DNA of 63,248 nucleotides, counting the filler, from Pelomyxa schiedti (Eukaryota > Protista > Evosea): assembly GCA_020536535.1 (NCBI GenBank). It is 9 parts of 9 records of this genome, joined end to end, with 100 filler letters (N's around TTAATTAATTAA, not from the genome) between each part and the next. Parts side by side here need not be neighbours in the genome. Positions count along the whole stretch, not along the records: positions 50,403 to 61,660 come from JAHLWZ010000428.1; positions 61,761 to 63,248 come from JAHLWZ010002469.1; 7 more parts are not named here. One strand, 5' to 3'. Every line of letters starts with the position of its first letter. Position 1 is the first letter of the stretch. Of this stretch, positions 60,502-63,248 are shown in pieces. The position numbers and the translations under genes were made by a program. Below the pieces are notes generated by a model. That model saw nothing but the letters and a program-made list of their open reading frames with translations. It had not been told where the DNA came from and did not search any database.

Positions 60502-60743
60502 TGTAACCTCGGGTTACAACACACATTTAAGAGTGCAAAAAATTCCAAAACTGCACTCTTAAGAGCAGTGATTGCACCTCTGGTTACAATGAACAACTTA
60601 TGTGTCCAACAAATGCGAAAACCAGACCCATAGGGTCATCACTGCACCTTAGGTTACAAAGGAAAGGCCCTCTGCACCTTGGGTGACATTAAAATAGCAA
60701 TGCACCTTGGGTTACATCAAAAATCAATGCACCTAATGTTACA
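60502..60743 (+). repeat. Array of 16-bp semi-palindromic repeats (TGCACCTnnGGTTACA-like) plus a palindromic variant
   Basis: Copies at 60573, 60643, 60673, 60701 and 60728; palindrome TGTAACC-TCG-GGTTACA at 60502-60518. Confidence 0.85.
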
Positions 60744-61269
60744 TTTCACCGCACAAGCGAAAGGAAATCATTAAAAAAAACCCATTTAAATGAGCCAACA
60801 GACATGCAGCCATGGGCCGGTGTTGCCACAAGAGCTGAAATCACTGAGCCTAAAGAAACCTAAGACTTCTCCATTAAAGCCAACCTCTACAACGTGCTGA
60901 CAAGTGTAGCGACAACATCGTTGGCATCTATGCCGAAAACTGCAGTGACTACATCGTCGGCAACCACAAAAACTTTGTACACAACATCATTGGTAACTTT
61001 GTTGGCAAGACAACAAAAAAGAGAGGTGAAGCCCTTCTTGGAGAAGGAATGTGAGCAACTACTTGAGGAGAATGGTGTGTAAATTTCTTTTCCTATTGAA
61101 ATTTTTTTTTTTTTTACTGTGCAAGTAGGGAATGAACCAGAAAATGAGCACGACGATGAATACGATGATGACGAGGAGGAAGGGGAGGCTGAAGAAATTG
61201 GCCAAGTGGATATATTGAGGGTTTCTCAAACACAGTGAGGCCCAGCAACACAATGTTCACACTGGACCA

Positions 61270-61660
61270 ATGGGCAGAGGTTACAAGGTTATACATAACT
61301 CGGGTACAAAAGCTGTTGCCTTTGTTATCTTTGACATTAATTACATCAAAGCTTTCCACTCTGGTTCCTCTGCTGAAAAGTATGTTAGTAGCTTGTCTGA
61401 CATTCAAACTGCATTGGCCACATGTGGTCATCAACTAGTTTCCAATGAATGCAACCTGTTGCCAAAAAGTGATGCAACCCTCCAGGAGATATTGACCCAG
61501 TGTACTGACAAGCGTATTGTAGACCGGAAGTTAACACCCGCAGTCCTGGGGAAATTGCTTGATTTAATGTTGGAGAGTGGGATAAATGAAAATCTGTTGC
61601 CTGTTTATGTGGTGCCACTAACAGCCGAGCAGTATCTGCTCTTTGACGGAAATCATCGGT
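61270..61660 (+). CDS. ParB/Srx-like N-terminal domain protein, truncated by contig end (upstream exons from about 60790 look disrupted)
   Basis: DRKLTPAVLGKLLDLMLESGINENLLPVYVVP..QYLLFDGNHR matches the ParB-N pattern ending in the DGxHR motif. Confidence 0.6.
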
Positions 61661-62008
61661 NNNNNNNNNNNNNNNNNNNNNNNNNNNNNNNNNNNNNNNN
61701 NNNNTTAATTAATTAANNNNNNNNNNNNNNNNNNNNNNNNNNNNNNNNNNNNNNNNNNNNTTATAAGCCCGACACACTCCGACCTTAGAATCGCGACCCA
61801 AACCTCATAAATCAAAACAAACAACAAACAGAACAAATAATAGAATCCTTTCTTGATCTCGTGCTTGTTCCCTGCTTTCTCATCACACACTGAACTGCAC
61901 ATCCCCACAGAAGCACACAAGAGTAGACTTGATCGATGTTCGCGCCTTGCAGGCGTAGTAGCCCCCATGTTAATGTATTGGAGGTGTGTGGGGCTTGAGG
62001 TGCCATCA

Positions 62009-62111
62009 GAGGATGACGAGCTAACGGAGGAGGTAGAACGCGTGCTAAGTCCTCCTCCACGCATCTTGTGTCGCGCACGCGTTCTACCTCCTCCGTTGGC
62101 TCGTCGTCCTC
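62009..62111 (+). repeat. 37-bp inverted repeat with 29-nt loop (hairpin)
   Basis: 62009-62045 is complementary to 62075-62111 with two T:G mismatches. Confidence 0.9.
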
Positions 62112-63248
62112 CGCGACGTCATCATCTCCTTCAGCCGCCTCATTGTGTGATTTAGGTCTGCTGAATACAATAATCAACAGACCGGAACTTTTCGTTTCCG
62201 GTTTTTTTATTCAGCCAAATTCTGGCAACAGTCAACGCTGACTGTGGGAGGAGGAGGTGTGGTGGCAGTGGGCAACAACAATGTTACGGTAAAAATAAGT
62301 GAAGACAAATTTTAATACATAAAAGGAAAATGTGATGGCACCGACTTCTTTCATTGAAAGTGTCAGTGATGTGATGTTTGAAGATACTTCAATGTGGTCA
62401 CAAGGCTAAGTTCATCATTTCCAATTTCATTTTCAGAGAGCAAGAGAACAAGTGAACAGGTTGCCAGTTCCTGTGTTGTTCTGTGGCTTCAACGAAAGTG
62501 TGTCCATTGTGTTGTACAAGTCATTGCCAACAATACTGTTAGCTTCTGTGGGCTCGAGAATAAGTCCCACAGAGGAAGAAAACGAGTGAGAGTGAAGAGA
62601 ATAAAGAGTGTTCTCTTGTTTGTTTGGTTGTTGTTGTTGTAAAAGGGAGTGTGTAAAATCTTGCAGAGCGGTTGTGCAATTGGGTTAAAAGGCTGCGATG
62701 TTCAAATGGATTCTCGGACAAGTGTGCATGTAATCAAAACCGCCTGCCACGTTGCTGTTGCTGTATTTGTGCGCCCAGCTGCGCTGTGTGCTGATCATTA
62801 CCTTCGCTGTCTCATTCTGGTAATAGTCCAGATTCGGCTCAGTCCTCAGTCTCTCCAATCCTGCTAAAGCGCGCCAGACTTCCGAGCCTCGCGAGCAAGG
62901 CCGAGTTCGTGTACTTTGTGGAAGTACACAATACACAGGAGCGAGAAGCCGAATCACTTCCGTTCCTGGGGAGAAAGAGGGTCCGGGAGGTTCATTAGAC
63001 TTACCCTAAAAATCATTAATCAGCGTTTTCTCATCCATCTGGCAGAAATCGGCTTCACGCAACAGCTTTTGAGAAATCGAAAGCTGGTGATAAAACAAAA
63101 GTTTCCATTCTGGAAGTTCCAGCTGGTGCTGGAAATGCCAGCTGACAAAAAAAAAATGGTTTTTTGGTTGTGCTGGTTCCCAGCTGAATCACTCAGTTCG
63201 GAAACAGGACAGAAAGGAAGAAATGATTCAATTAAAAAAAATATTTTT

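Noticed and set aside
60573-60743. CRISPR array
   Set aside because: Repeats are only 16 bp and degenerate, spacers are mostly 11-14 nt, there are no cas genes, and the context is eukaryotic.
63100-63190. Three CCAGCTG-containing motifs near the window end
   Set aside because: Too short and irregular to assign without the downstream sequence.

Overview
Eukaryotic, gene-dense draft sequence with short GT-AG introns (mostly about 40-70 nt). It is nine unrelated contigs joined by artificial N-TTAATTAATTAA-N linkers, plus three 100-N gaps, so neighbourhood across linkers means nothing. Gene families and style suggest an anaerobic amoebozoan (Pelomyxa-like archamoeba; inference, not verified). 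Recognisable genes: a bacterial-type Sulfotransfer_3 sulfotransferase, the rRNA methyltransferase BMT2, a DIS3L2/RNase II exonuclease carrying an unexpected La-motif domain, and an intron-containing homologue of the prokaryotic COG2403 'GTPase'/arginine synthetase (ArcE) family. Expanded families: degenerate ankyrin-like proteins (5 loci), proteins with a shared N-terminal 'QFxAL..RCG..SP' motif, two tandem TRIM-like RING-Bbox-Bbox-coil-IPT-IPT-SPRY genes, MORN-coil-RING genes and a Sel1-kinase. Mobile DNA: a decayed chromodomain Ty3/gypsy integrase, and fragments of an intron-containing piggyBac-like transposase next to a 16-bp repeat array and a ParB-like gene. Several fold-back and hairpin structures may be real or amplification artefacts. 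The top leads are the DIS3L2-La fusion, the eukaryotic ArcE-like gene, and the repeat-array/ParB-like/piggyBac locus. Exon boundaries and domain calls were made by eye; no database search was run.
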